From positions 6,855 through 70,854 of the forward strand of contig JAPHRD010000037.1 in NCBI GenBank assembly GCA_026196225.1: 64,000 nucleotides of DNA. Direction: 5' to 3'. Under the pieces are notes generated by a model, which saw nothing but the letters and a program-made list of their open reading frames with translations, made no database searches and was not told the DNA's origin. Every line of letters begins with the position of its first letter. Within the stretch, counting starts at the first letter, position 1. Positions 34,427-42,945 of this stretch are shown one piece after another. The position numbers and the translations under genes were made by a program. The DNA is from Motiliproteus sp. (GTDB lineage: Bacteria; Pseudomonadota; Gammaproteobacteria; Pseudomonadales; Balneatricaceae).

Positions 34427-35676
34427 TCGCTCAAAATCCTATCCGCATCATCAGATATATTCACTTTATCCAACCACGAAGCCACAATCTCCCTCACAGA
34501 AAGCCTATTCCAGTTAAAATGCTGGTTAAGATAAAGATCAGAAAAAACAGACTCAAATGGAGATGATATTATTTCCGGAGGCAAACTCCATGTCTTAACA
34601 AGCTCATAATCTCTACTCTCCATCCTTTCTATATAATTTCCAACAAAACTTGTAAAATAGTGCCTAGCAACATAATCAGAACAACCTTCCTTCCTGATAT
34701 GAGCCACGACATCTTTAGCTTTTATATTAAAAGTAAAATAAAGATTAACCGGGGAGTAGTTTTCAGCCAGATGGTTCAACAGCGAACCCAAAGCCCTTGA
34801 GTTATCAATCGGCAATCGGTATTCTCGACTTATTGCATCGACAAGCTTATACAATTTAAAGATCTGCACGTCCTTAAACATTTTCTTGATACGGCGGACA
34901 TCATTAGATGTTAAAACAAAAGTGGAAAGACGCTGATAAAGCAGGCCAACCAAATCAATCGTATCAACACCATCTATTGAAGGCTTATTTAGGTAAACAC
35001 CTGCACATACCACTTCCTTATTTTTATAATATGCATTTATTCCAGAACGACCATCGTATGACAACTTTGATACCGATCCATAAAGCAACTCACTTGCCAG
35101 CTCCACTTCCTTTGGAATTTCTGGCAGATAAACAAACACCCCCTTGTTCACAAGAGACCAAAATAAATTTTGATCAACCACTTCACAGCCTGTGATAAAA
35201 ATTTCACTGGGCGATCCAGATAGAAAAACAAAATCCTTATCTAACGAAACCGACATCGACAGCAAAGCCAATATCTCATCAAACGCGAGATCAGAAATAT
35301 AATTTACTTTTTCAAAAGCGAGATTTTTATACTCACTAACAACTTTTATGGCATCATGTATAGATCGCTGCTTAATTAACTCTATACATTCATCGCAAAA
35401 AACTTCTTCGACAGTTTTGCAACGCCTCAAATACTCAGAACGAGTACTAACCGGCATCTTAATGCCGCATTCACGGCAGAAAAAATTATCGCCACAAGGC
35501 AAGAACAAAGTTTTCTTAGCAATCGCCCCGACTTTACGAATTTTTTCATCTTTATATTTTTTATCGATCACCGCCTGGGCAAAAAGAAAACCTGTATCCG
35601 CTTTATCAGAAAGCAACCAATACTCGTTGACTGCGCATATTTCAAAACTTGAAAGCCCCTCTGGATAACAAATCAT
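34411..35676 (-). CDS. hypothetical protein with N-terminal zinc-ribbon-like Cys cluster (orphan)
   Basis: 421 aa. GGAGG 8 nt upstream of the ATG. C61, C67xxC70, C86, C94xxC97. No catalytic motif recognised in the rest. Confidence 0.65.
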   Translation of the reverse strand: MICYPEGLSSFEICAVNEYWLLSDKADTGFLFAQAVIDKKYKDEKIRKVGAIAKKTLFLPCGDNFFCRECGIKMPVSTRSEYLRRCKTVEEVFCDECIELIKQRSIHDAIKVVSEYKNLAFEKVNYISDLAFDEILALLSMSVSLDKDFVFLSGSPSEIFITGCEVVDQNLFWSLVNKGVFVYLPEIPKEVELASELLYGSVSKLSYDGRSGINAYYKNKEVVCAGVYLNKPSIDGVDTIDLVGLLYQRLSTFVLTSNDVRRIKKMFKDVQIFKLYKLVDAISREYRLPIDNSRALGSLLNHLAENYSPVNLYFTFNIKAKDVVAHIRKEGCSDYVARHYFTSFVGNYIERMESRDYELVKTWSLPPEIISSPFESVFSDLYLNQHFNWNRLSVREIVASWLDKVNISDDADRILSDCRDL

Positions 35677-35907
35677 TTTTCAGGCCTCCAACCATACACT
35701 ACATGCGGACCAGCCCCAGCGATTATAAATGGACCTACAATTCTTCAGATTAATAGACATGGGGACCTCCTACCCGGTTACTGCTCTACCTCGTACATAC
35801 AGGCACAACAGAATCTCGAACAATTCATTCGTGAAAGTGAACGCTTGACGGAACGGAATCAGGGATGGGAGAATCAAGTCACCACAACTGAAGGCCTCGC
35901 CTTCCCT

Positions 35908-35943
35908 AAAAACCGGAATCAAGCCATTGGTTTCGGTTTTTTT
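35908..35943. terminator. bidirectional rho-independent terminator
   Basis: AAAAACCGGAATCAA-GCCA-TTGGTTTCGGTTTTTTT, a stem of about 15 bp (with G-U pairs) flanked by A5/T7. Lies 10 nt after the Ner-like gene stop. Confidence 0.75.
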
Positions 35944-35952
35944 GTGCCTATG

Positions 35953-36195
35953 TCATTTCAGACCTCCCCCTTCCAAATGCTGTGATAACTTTTCATAGTT
36001 TGATGAGACTTCGTCTTTGAGGCCCAACGCAATGGCAATCTGATAGCTTTCGCCTCTTACCGGACTCCTCTTTCCAGATAGCACCTGATATACCAAAGAC
36101 TGAGAGAAGCCTTTACGCCTAGCCCACTCGGCGACGCTAACATTATGATTTTTAAAAATTTTCTTTACTTCCTCATGAGTGCGAGCCATATACAT
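35953..36195 (-). CDS. small HTH DNA-binding protein, Ner/Nlp (Cro-type)-like
   Basis: 80 aa. VSVAEWARRKGFSQSLVYQVLSGKRSPVRGESYQIAIALGL resembles the Ner/Nlp/YdaS pattern. Divergent from the XRE gene. Confidence 0.55.
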   Translation of the reverse strand: MYMARTHEEVKKIFKNHNVSVAEWARRKGFSQSLVYQVLSGKRSPVRGESYQIAIALGLKDEVSSNYEKLSQHLEGGGLK

Positions 36196-36275
36196 AACAC
36201 TTGTTATACTTTAATTTGAAACATACGTTATACAAAGATAAAATTCTGTTCAAATTTTTTTGGTAACTCCAGGCA

Positions 36276-36647
36276 ATGAATCACAGAGAATCTATCGGCA
36301 AACGGCTAGCAGAAGAGCGCAAGCGCCTTAGCCTGACACAGGCTGAGCTTGCCAAGGCCTGCGGCATAACATCCACCACGCAGTTCCTGTACGAGAGGGG
36401 TGACAGGGTTCCAAACGCAGAATACCTGCGCTTAATTATGGAGCTAGGGGTGCGTGTTTTTTATGTACTCGACGGATCAGTAGATGACTTGTCAATCCCG
36501 CCACAAGAGCTTCGACGACTTTACGTACTGTGTGATCACAGATGTCGTGACAGCGCAGGAAGGCTTTCAGACTTAGAGACACGAGCAGATACTTTCGAGA
36601 AACTTGTTCAAGAATATTTAAGATCTACCCCATTGGAGGCTCAGTAA
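36276..36647 (+). CDS. XRE-family HTH transcriptional regulator (CI-type)
   Basis: 123 aa. IGKRLAEERKRLSLTQAELAKACGITSTTQFLYERGDRVPNAEYL. Confidence 0.8.
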   Translation: MNHRESIGKRLAEERKRLSLTQAELAKACGITSTTQFLYERGDRVPNAEYLRLIMELGVRVFYVLDGSVDDLSIPPQELRRLYVLCDHRCRDSAGRLSDLETRADTFEKLVQEYLRSTPLEAQ

Positions 36648-37219
36648 TGGAACGCAGCAATTTTGTTAGAGGACTTGTCTATTTTGGCCGCATTCATCAA
36701 GTGCTGTTATATCTGTGGCGCTATCGCAGACTGGAACATTCAATAGAAATCCATAAAGCGCCAGACTCAGCGATAGAAGAAAACTACATCAAATTTCGAA
36801 CTGCTAAGGAACGCATACTTTTCGGCCAATCGTTCAATGAGCTCCAGAGGCGAACCTATGACCGCCTTACTTTTCATGTCTCTGAAAGCACTATTCAACG
36901 TTTACTACTTGGTAGATATTTGACAGAAAGCGGCCGGATACAGCGCAACAAAATTTTAGACAATTGCCTCATGGGCCTTGTGTGCTGCACTCTGATCATA
37001 ACCGCTCTATGGCTAATCGGTGTTAGTGGGGAAATCGCTCTGCTCAACACCGTTTCACTAGCGGTAAAAGCCCAGGTGATCGTAACTCTGATCGCCTTAA
37101 TCTCCATTCCCTCTATCTATTTGGCTTACATTGCTATCGAACCGATAATTGGTTACCGCGAATACCAGCGATCAAGGGCTTACATCGGCGATGATGAATC
37201 GGCTAATTTGCAAGCATAA
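36647..37219 (+). CDS. hypothetical 2-TM membrane protein translationally coupled to the XRE gene
   Basis: 190 aa. TAATG stop/start overlap. Two C-terminal TM helices (LMGLVCCTLIITALWLIGV, VIVTLIALISIPSIYLAYIAI). Confidence 0.6.
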   Translation: MERSNFVRGLVYFGRIHQVLLYLWRYRRLEHSIEIHKAPDSAIEENYIKFRTAKERILFGQSFNELQRRTYDRLTFHVSESTIQRLLLGRYLTESGRIQRNKILDNCLMGLVCCTLIITALWLIGVSGEIALLNTVSLAVKAQVIVTLIALISIPSIYLAYIAIEPIIGYREYQRSRAYIGDDESANLQA

Positions 37220-37361
37220 GCGAGGTCATTCCTCACAATTTAGCCGTCTAATAAGCCACGACTCGTGTGTTTACGCATCAATGGCCTGATGCTCCACTTA
37301 CAGTGAAAGAAAGCACCAGACCGTCTATCTCGTTGAAGTAATCTTCACCAAGGAGGACGTC

Positions 37362-37541
37362 ATGCCGAGCATGAAAATTCCCGCGCACTGGACACCAAGC
37401 GAAGCCCTGGCCGTTTTCGAGTTTATTGACGAAATTCGAGACCAGATTTGGAATGCCTACGGACCAGAGATACAAGCACAACTGCAAGAGGATCAGGCCT
37501 CTTTACGACTACAGTGCAGCGATGAGGACCTAGATTTCTAA
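37362..37541 (+). CDS. small hypothetical protein (59 aa, below the track cutoff)
   Basis: Hand-translated: MPSMKIPAHWTPSEALAVFEFIDEIRDQIWNAYGPEIQAQLQEDQASLRLQCSDEDLDF. AAGGAGGA SD ends 4 nt before the ATG. Confidence 0.5.
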   Translation: MPSMKIPAHWTPSEALAVFEFIDEIRDQIWNAYGPEIQAQLQEDQASLRLQCSDEDLDF

Positions 37542-37551
37542 ATCATCCAAA

Positions 37552-37561
37552 GGGGGGGGGA
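37552..37561. repeat. G10 homopolymer
   Basis: Ten consecutive G, 10 nt after the 59-aa ORF stop. Followed by the hairpin GAGAGGGCG-AGATTC-CGCGCTCTC (37561-37584). Confidence 0.95.
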
Positions 37562-37828
37562 GAGGGCGAGATTCCGCGCTCTCCTAAGCAGGCAATCCTC
37601 GAGGATAATCGTGCAGTTGCACGAATGCTGATCATGGAAAGCGTGACCCCTGTTGTGACATTCCGTCATCGAGACCAAACTATCACTACGCCGCACTATG
37701 AAACATTTTCATGGGATGCTTGCTGACCACAATGCCATCAACCATTTCTAGCAAGTACCACTGAAGATCCTTTTCTAAAGGTTGGAATTTCAGCTATATC
37801 GACTTTGCAGACATCACACCGTCGCGAT

Positions 37829-38405
37829 TCAAACTATCGATGAATCCTTGCCCTCGATTCGGTACTGACTCGGGGTTGCTCCTGTCAGTTTTTTGAAAGT
37901 ACGAATAAAGAAGCTTTGATTTTCGTATCCGACAGAATTAGAAACCGCACCAACACTCAACGTGGTGGATAGCAATAGTCGCTTAGCTTTCTCTATCCTG
38001 ACCGATTGAATGTACTGAGTGAATGAAAGCCCAGTCGTCTTTTTAAGACGCCTCTTAAGACTGGAATCGCTTAGGTTAACCATCGTCATTGCGCCTTCGA
38101 GACTTAGCCCTTCAGCATGATGTTCCTCAATCCAGTCTTGTAGCTGTGCGATCTTCATATCAGAGTAATTGGCACAATTGCGGATACTTGTGGTGGCTAT
38201 GCAGCCCACAGTTTAATGCCAGAAAACACGTCGATACTGACTGTTGAATATAAAATAAATCTGATAGCACCAGGTAACGGCGACCGCTTAATGGCCGAGC
38301 GAAGGTAATAAATCCTGGACGTACCCTCATGATCAGTAGCACTGAAATATTTGTTGTAAAAGATGGCGAAGAGAAGCTATGTGCTACATCACTAATGACG
38401 CTCAT
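37829..38405 (-). pseudogene. decayed AraC-family regulator (HTH half intact, N-terminal half frameshifted or deleted)
   Basis: 37829-38158 encodes a complete AraC double HTH (LSLEGAMTMVNLSDSSLKRRLKKTTGLSFTQYIQSVRIEKAKRLL...GYENQSFFIRTFKKLTGATPSQYR). The upstream 81-aa ORF is in another frame and has only faint GlxA-like remnants (LSGRR, DLFYI). Confidence 0.5.
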
Positions 38406-38506
38406 GGCGCTTCATGGAAAACCTGATCGACCTGAATGAGTAGAGCATGCTATGCCTCCCCCCTTCAGCTAGTACTGGGCTGGTTTTTTAATTGTGCTCG
38501 CTACAG

Positions 38507-39298
38507 CTAGGGCAAAACCTCTGACATATCGCTGGATGCCTGCAACATTGCTGGGACAAATTCCTCTTTTATTTGGTCAAGCGTAAAAGATGACACATGG
38601 CTACTTACATTCATTGCGAAGCGAACTTGGTGACGACGATCATAGATAGGAACGGCGACCGCCCGCATTCCTAACTCCAGTTCTTGGTCTACAATCGCAT
38701 AACCTTGTTGTTGGACCTTTTCAATCTCAACTCGTAGTTCTTCAAGCGTCATCGTATTGGGAGTTAGTTTCTGAAAATTTGTTTCCACTAGAGTGCGTTC
38801 CAACTGATCGCCTGGAAGAGCAGACAACAAAACCCGCCCGGGAGATGTCGCGTAAGCAGGTAGACGAGCACCGATCTGCAAATTAATCGGAATCAGTCCC
38901 CGCCTTGGGATTCGAGCAATATAGACGACGTCCTGGCCATCGAGCACCGTAGCTGAACAAGATTCCCCTAGCTGATGAGCAACACGCTCCATAATAGGTG
39001 TTATTGTTTCCGTAAAATTCAATGACGATAGATAGGAATACCCCAAATCCAATATCTTTGCAGTGAGTCTAAAATGCTTATCTTCATTGCTGACATAACC
39101 AAGCTTTTGTAATGTCAGAAGAAAGCGTCGCGCAGAAGCACGCGACAGCCCGTTCTTCTTGGCTAGATCCGTCAGAGTCATCGACGGTGACTCCGTATCA
39201 AAAGACTTGATAACCTCGAGACCACGAGCAAAAGTTGAAAGAAAGTCTTTATCAACCGTTTCTGTCTCAGTATCGTTGACAGGCATAATACTTCCCAT
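38507..39298 (-). CDS. IclR family transcriptional regulator
   Basis: 263 aa. N-terminal wHTH (LTDLAKKNGLSRASARRFLLTLQKLGYV) plus an IclR effector domain. Confidence 0.8.
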   Translation of the reverse strand: MGSIMPVNDTETETVDKDFLSTFARGLEVIKSFDTESPSMTLTDLAKKNGLSRASARRFLLTLQKLGYVSNEDKHFRLTAKILDLGYSYLSSLNFTETITPIMERVAHQLGESCSATVLDGQDVVYIARIPRRGLIPINLQIGARLPAYATSPGRVLLSALPGDQLERTLVETNFQKLTPNTMTLEELRVEIEKVQQQGYAIVDQELELGMRAVAVPIYDRRHQVRFAMNVSSHVSSFTLDQIKEEFVPAMLQASSDMSEVLP

Positions 39299-39441
39299 AG
39301 ATAACCACCTACTAAAGTTCGATTATCGCTCGCTTTGTTCGACATGTGAATAGCAATAGCGGTTTCTTTGTGGACTACTCCAATCGAAAAGCTGATAGTC
39401 ACAACCCGATTTCAGGTGGCCCCGTCTCAACTTAACCGCAC

Positions 39442-41085
39442 TCACATATTGGGATAATTGGGCCCCCCTGCCCCCTCTGGCGCAACCCACGTTATATTCT
39501 GGGACGGGTCCTTGATATCACAGGTCTTGCAGTGCAGGCAGTTCTGGGCATTGATCTGGAAACGCTTGCCACCGCTCTCCTCATCAACCACCTCGTAGAC
39601 GCCCGCCGGACAGTACCGCTGGGCCGGCTCATCAAACAGCGGCAAATTACGCTCCAGGGGGATAGACGGGTTTTTCAGCTTAAGGTGGCAGGGTTGGTCT
39701 TCCTCGTGGTTGGTGCTGGAGAGGAACACCGACGAAAGCTTGTCGAAGCTGATCACGCCATCGGGTTTGGGGTAATCGATTTTGTTGCTCTCGGCGGCAG
39801 GCTTGAGCTGAGCGTAGTCGGAGGTCCTGTCCCGTAACGTGAAAGGCAGCTTTCCCTTAAACCAGTTCTGATCAACGTAGTTGAACGCGCCGCCCATCAG
39901 GGTGCCGAACTTGTGCATGGCCGGGCCGAAGTTACGTGATCGGTAAAGCTCGTCATAAGCCCAGGAGGCTTCAAAGGCTTCAGCGTAGGCTGCCAAATCG
40001 AGACCACCCTGGTCGATGGCAAAGAAGATGGTTTCGGCGGAGACTATGCCGCTCTTCATAGCCGTGTGGGTGCCCTTGATCTTGGCAAAGTTGAGGGTGC
40101 CCGCATCGCAGCCCACCAACAAACCACCCGGAAAGTGCATCTTGGGAAGGGCGTTAAAACCACCCTTGGCGATGGCGCGGGCGCCATAGGAGACCCGCTT
40201 TCCTCCCTCCAGGTACTGCTTGAATACCGGGTGGTGCTTCATCCGCTGCATCTCTTCGAAGGGGCTCACATAGGGGTTGGAGTAGCTCAGGTCGACGATC
40301 AGGCCGAGTACCACCTGATTATTTTCAGCGTGATAGAGGAAGGAGCCGCCATTGGTCTCTTTATCAAGGGGCCAGCCGCCGCCGTGGATGACCAAGCCAG
40401 GCTGGTGCTTGGCGGGGTCGATGTCCCAGAGCTCTTTGATACCAATGCCGTAGTGCTGAGGATCGGCGTCCTTATCCAACTCGAATCGCTCCATCAGCTG
40501 TTTACCCAAGTGGCCGCGGCAGCCCTCAGCAAACACCGTGTACTTAGCGTGCAGCTCCATGCCAGGCATGTAGCTGTCTTTGTGCTGGCCGTCCTCGCCG
40601 ACGCCCATGTCACCAGTGGCGATGCCTTTTACCGCCCCATCCGCATCGAAGAGAATCTCGGCGGCGGCGAAGCCGGGAAAGATCTCCACACCGAGTGTTT
40701 CGGCTTGTTCGGCAAGCCAGCGGCAGAGGTTTCCAACGCTAACAACGAAGTTTCCGTCGTTGTGCATGGTTTTTGGGACGAGTCCGTTGGGGATTTTTTT
40801 CGCATCTTCAGGCCCCGTAAAAAGGTAAATCTCATCTTGGCTCACCGGGGTGTGAAGCGGTGCGCCTCGATCTTTCCAGTCAGGGAACAATTCATTCAAT
40901 GCCCGGGGCTCCAGCACGGCTCCGGATAGTGTATGGGCCCCTACTTCCGAACCCTTCTCCACCACGCAGACCATCAGCTCCTGCGCTTTTTCCTGAGCCT
41001 GTTGCATCAGCCGGATTGCCGCTGACAGACCGGCAGGGCCTGCACCAACGATCACCACGTCAAATTCCATTGCTTCGCGTTTCAA
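39442..41085 (-). CDS. electron transfer flavoprotein-ubiquinone oxidoreductase
   Basis: 547 aa. TTG start (GAGAGG 9 nt upstream) gives MKREAMEFDVVIVGAGPAGLSAA. C-terminal 4Fe-4S motif CPAGVYE...CLHCKTCDIKDP. Confidence 0.92.
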   Translation of the reverse strand: MKREAMEFDVVIVGAGPAGLSAAIRLMQQAQEKAQELMVCVVEKGSEVGAHTLSGAVLEPRALNELFPDWKDRGAPLHTPVSQDEIYLFTGPEDAKKIPNGLVPKTMHNDGNFVVSVGNLCRWLAEQAETLGVEIFPGFAAAEILFDADGAVKGIATGDMGVGEDGQHKDSYMPGMELHAKYTVFAEGCRGHLGKQLMERFELDKDADPQHYGIGIKELWDIDPAKHQPGLVIHGGGWPLDKETNGGSFLYHAENNQVVLGLIVDLSYSNPYVSPFEEMQRMKHHPVFKQYLEGGKRVSYGARAIAKGGFNALPKMHFPGGLLVGCDAGTLNFAKIKGTHTAMKSGIVSAETIFFAIDQGGLDLAAYAEAFEASWAYDELYRSRNFGPAMHKFGTLMGGAFNYVDQNWFKGKLPFTLRDRTSDYAQLKPAAESNKIDYPKPDGVISFDKLSSVFLSSTNHEEDQPCHLKLKNPSIPLERNLPLFDEPAQRYCPAGVYEVVDEESGGKRFQINAQNCLHCKTCDIKDPSQNITWVAPEGAGGPNYPNM

Positions 41086-41111
41086 AACGGCTTACCTCTC
41101 TTTAAAATGAT

Positions 41112-41137
41112 AAAAAGGGGCCCGATAAACGGGCCCA
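41112..41137 (-). terminator. rho-independent terminator after etfA, directly abutting the ETF-QO SD
   Basis: Minus strand: GGGCCCG-TTTAT-CGGGCCCCTTTTT. A second hairpin TTGGAGACT...AGTCTCCAA lies at 41158-41183. Confidence 0.7.
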
Positions 41138-41195
41138 AGACGCTTCGGGTGAAGCGGTTGGAGACTGGGATACAAGTCTCCAACAGGAGGAAGAT

Positions 41196-42122
41196 TTAAA
41201 GCTGCCGCTCTAACTCAGGGACGGCATCAAACAGGTCTGCCACCAGGCCGTAGTCAGCCACCTGGAAGATGGGGGCCTCCTCATCCTTGTTAATGGCGAC
41301 GATAACCTTGGAGTCCTTCATTCCCGCCAGATGCTGAATGGCCCCGGAGATACCCACGGCGATATAGAGTTCGGGGGCGACGATCTTGCCGGTCTGACCC
41401 ACCTGCATATCGTTGGGAACAAAACCCGCATCGACGGCGGCCCGGGAGGCGCCCACGGCAGCACCGAGCTTGTCGGCGACCTGCTCCAACATGGAAAAAT
41501 TCTCACCGTTGCCCATGCCGCGGCCACCGGAAACAATCACCTTGGCACTGGTCAGTTCGGGACGGTCGGACTGGGCCAACTCCTCCTTGACGAAAGCGGA
41601 GATGCCGGCATCGGTGACCTTGTCCAGGGACTCGACCGCTGCGCTGCCGTCGGTGGCGGCGGCATCGAAGCCGGTGGTACGGACGGTGATCACCTTGACC
41701 GAATCGCTGGACTGCACGGTGGCGATGGCGTTACCAGCGTAGATGGGCCGCTTGAAGGTATCGGCGCTCTCCACGGCGATGATATCGGAGATCTGGGCCA
41801 CGTCCAGTGCGGCGGCCACCCGGGGCATGAAGTTCTTACCGGTGCTGGTGGCCGGCGCCAACACGTGGCTGTAGCCAGACGCCAGCTCAGTCACCAGGCT
41901 GCCTAAATTTTCCGCCAGTTTGTGGGAGTAGGCGGCGTTGTCGGCCACCAGCACCTTGGAAACGCCACTGATCTTGGCAGCGGCTTCAGCGGCGCCGCCG
42001 CAGTTGTCACCGACAACCAGCAGGTCAACATCGTCGCCCAGCTGGGCCGCGGCGGTGACGGTATTCAGAGTTGCACCCTTCAGGGTCACATTATCGTGTT
42101 CTGCAATAACCAAGATGCGCAT
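41196..42122 (-). CDS. etfA: electron transfer flavoprotein subunit alpha
   Basis: 308 aa. [36 protein letters not shown]. Confidence 0.95.
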   Translation of the reverse strand: MRILVIAEHDNVTLKGATLNTVTAAAQLGDDVDLLVVGDNCGGAAEAAAKISGVSKVLVADNAAYSHKLAENLGSLVTELASGYSHVLAPATSTGKNFMPRVAAALDVAQISDIIAVESADTFKRPIYAGNAIATVQSSDSVKVITVRTTGFDAAATDGSAAVESLDKVTDAGISAFVKEELAQSDRPELTSAKVIVSGGRGMGNGENFSMLEQVADKLGAAVGASRAAVDAGFVPNDMQVGQTGKIVAPELYIAVGISGAIQHLAGMKDSKVIVAINKDEEAPIFQVADYGLVADLFDAVPELERQL

Positions 42123-42123
42123 A

Positions 42124-42876
42124 TCAGATTACCTTCGCTTCGTTCTTCAGTTTCTCTACCAGCTCATCTACACTGCCCACAATGATGCCAGCCTGGCGCT
42201 CGGCCGGCGGCTCGACCTTCAGGGTCTTGAGACGGGGGCTGATGTCCACACCGAAATCGGCGGGAGACTTGGTATCCAAGGGCTTGCGCTTGGCCTTCAT
42301 GAAATTGGGCAGGGAGGCGTAGCGGGGCTCATTCAGGCGCAGATCGGTGGTCACGATCGCCGGCAGGTTCAGGGACAGGGTCTGCAGGCCGCCGTCGACC
42401 TCGCGGGTCACCTCTACCTTGCCTTCAACCAGGTTCACTTCAGAGGCGAAGGTCCCCTGGGGCATGCCCGTCAGCGCACCCAGCATCTGGCCGGTCTGGT
42501 TGTTGTCGGAATCGATGGACTGCTTGCCCAGAATCACCAGGCCGGGCTGCTCTTCTTCGACCACCTTGGCCAGCAGCTTGGCAACGGCCAGGGAGTCAAG
42601 CTCCTGGTCGGTTTCAATCTGGATGCCGCGATCGGCACCAAGCGCCATCGCGGTGCGGATTTGCTCCTGGCAGGCCTTGGGGCCGATGGAAACCACCACG
42701 ACCTCGTCGGCAATCCCCTGTTCCTTCAGGCGTACCCCTTCCTCAACTGCGATCTCGCAGAAGGGATTCATCGCCATCTTGACGTTCCCGAGGTCGACCC
42801 CCGTTCCATCGGGCTTCACACGAACCTTCACATTAAAGTCTACTACGCGCTTAACGCTTACTAAGATTTTCATCAT
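42124..42876 (-). CDS. etfB: electron transfer flavoprotein subunit beta
   Basis: 250 aa. [11 protein letters not shown]...[10 protein letters not shown]. Its stop lies 1 nt before the etfA start. Confidence 0.95.
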   Translation of the reverse strand: MMKILVSVKRVVDFNVKVRVKPDGTGVDLGNVKMAMNPFCEIAVEEGVRLKEQGIADEVVVVSIGPKACQEQIRTAMALGADRGIQIETDQELDSLAVAKLLAKVVEEEQPGLVILGKQSIDSDNNQTGQMLGALTGMPQGTFASEVNLVEGKVEVTREVDGGLQTLSLNLPAIVTTDLRLNEPRYASLPNFMKAKRKPLDTKSPADFGVDISPRLKTLKVEPPAERQAGIIVGSVDELVEKLKNEAKVI

Positions 42877-42945
42877 TTGCTACTTTTAACCCCTCTTTCT
42901 AGCCGATGATTTTCGCCGTTAATTAACGGTTTTCGCTTCGGTGCT

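Larger units (their letters stand above)
33620..37561. mobile_element. AT-rich genomic island replacing the 3' part of greB (no recombinase inside; right edge uncertain, may extend to about 38.45 kb)
   Basis: Abrupt change to AT-rich composition and orphan genes at the greB breakpoint, phage-type repressors, a G10 tract, and a decayed AraC gene on the right. Confidence 0.5.

Noticed and set aside
35653-35985. 111-codon open frame on the plus strand in the slightly GC-richer patch between the orphan operon and the Ner-like gene (…INRHGDLLPGYCSTSYIQAQQNLEQFIRESERLTERNQGWENQ…)
   Set aside because: There is no ATG, GTG or TTG with an SD until codon ~100. The frame runs through the bidirectional terminator and into the opposite-strand gene. 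At most it is a relic of an older gene, and I could not identify it.
33620-37561. Interpretation of the island as a Mu-like or lambdoid prophage remnant because of the Ner/CI-type regulators
   Set aside because: No transposase, integrase, or replication, lysis or structural genes are present. Only the regulatory pair is phage-like, so prophage is not supported beyond a possible immunity-region relic.
37529-37669. 46-codon Cys/His-rich minus-strand ORF that contains the C10 (G10) tract as Pro-Pro-Pro
   Set aside because: It has no SD, overlaps the better-supported 59-aa plus-strand ORF, and is very short. It is mentioned only because tract slippage would shift its frame.
41938-42864. 308-aa plus-strand ORF antisense to etfA/etfB; similar long ORFs antisense to pnp (15426-16073), ETF-QO (40066-40929), folP (25862-26632) and the cytochrome genes
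   Set aside because: These are antisense shadows of GC-rich or conserved genes. No independent motifs or ribosome-binding sites were seen.
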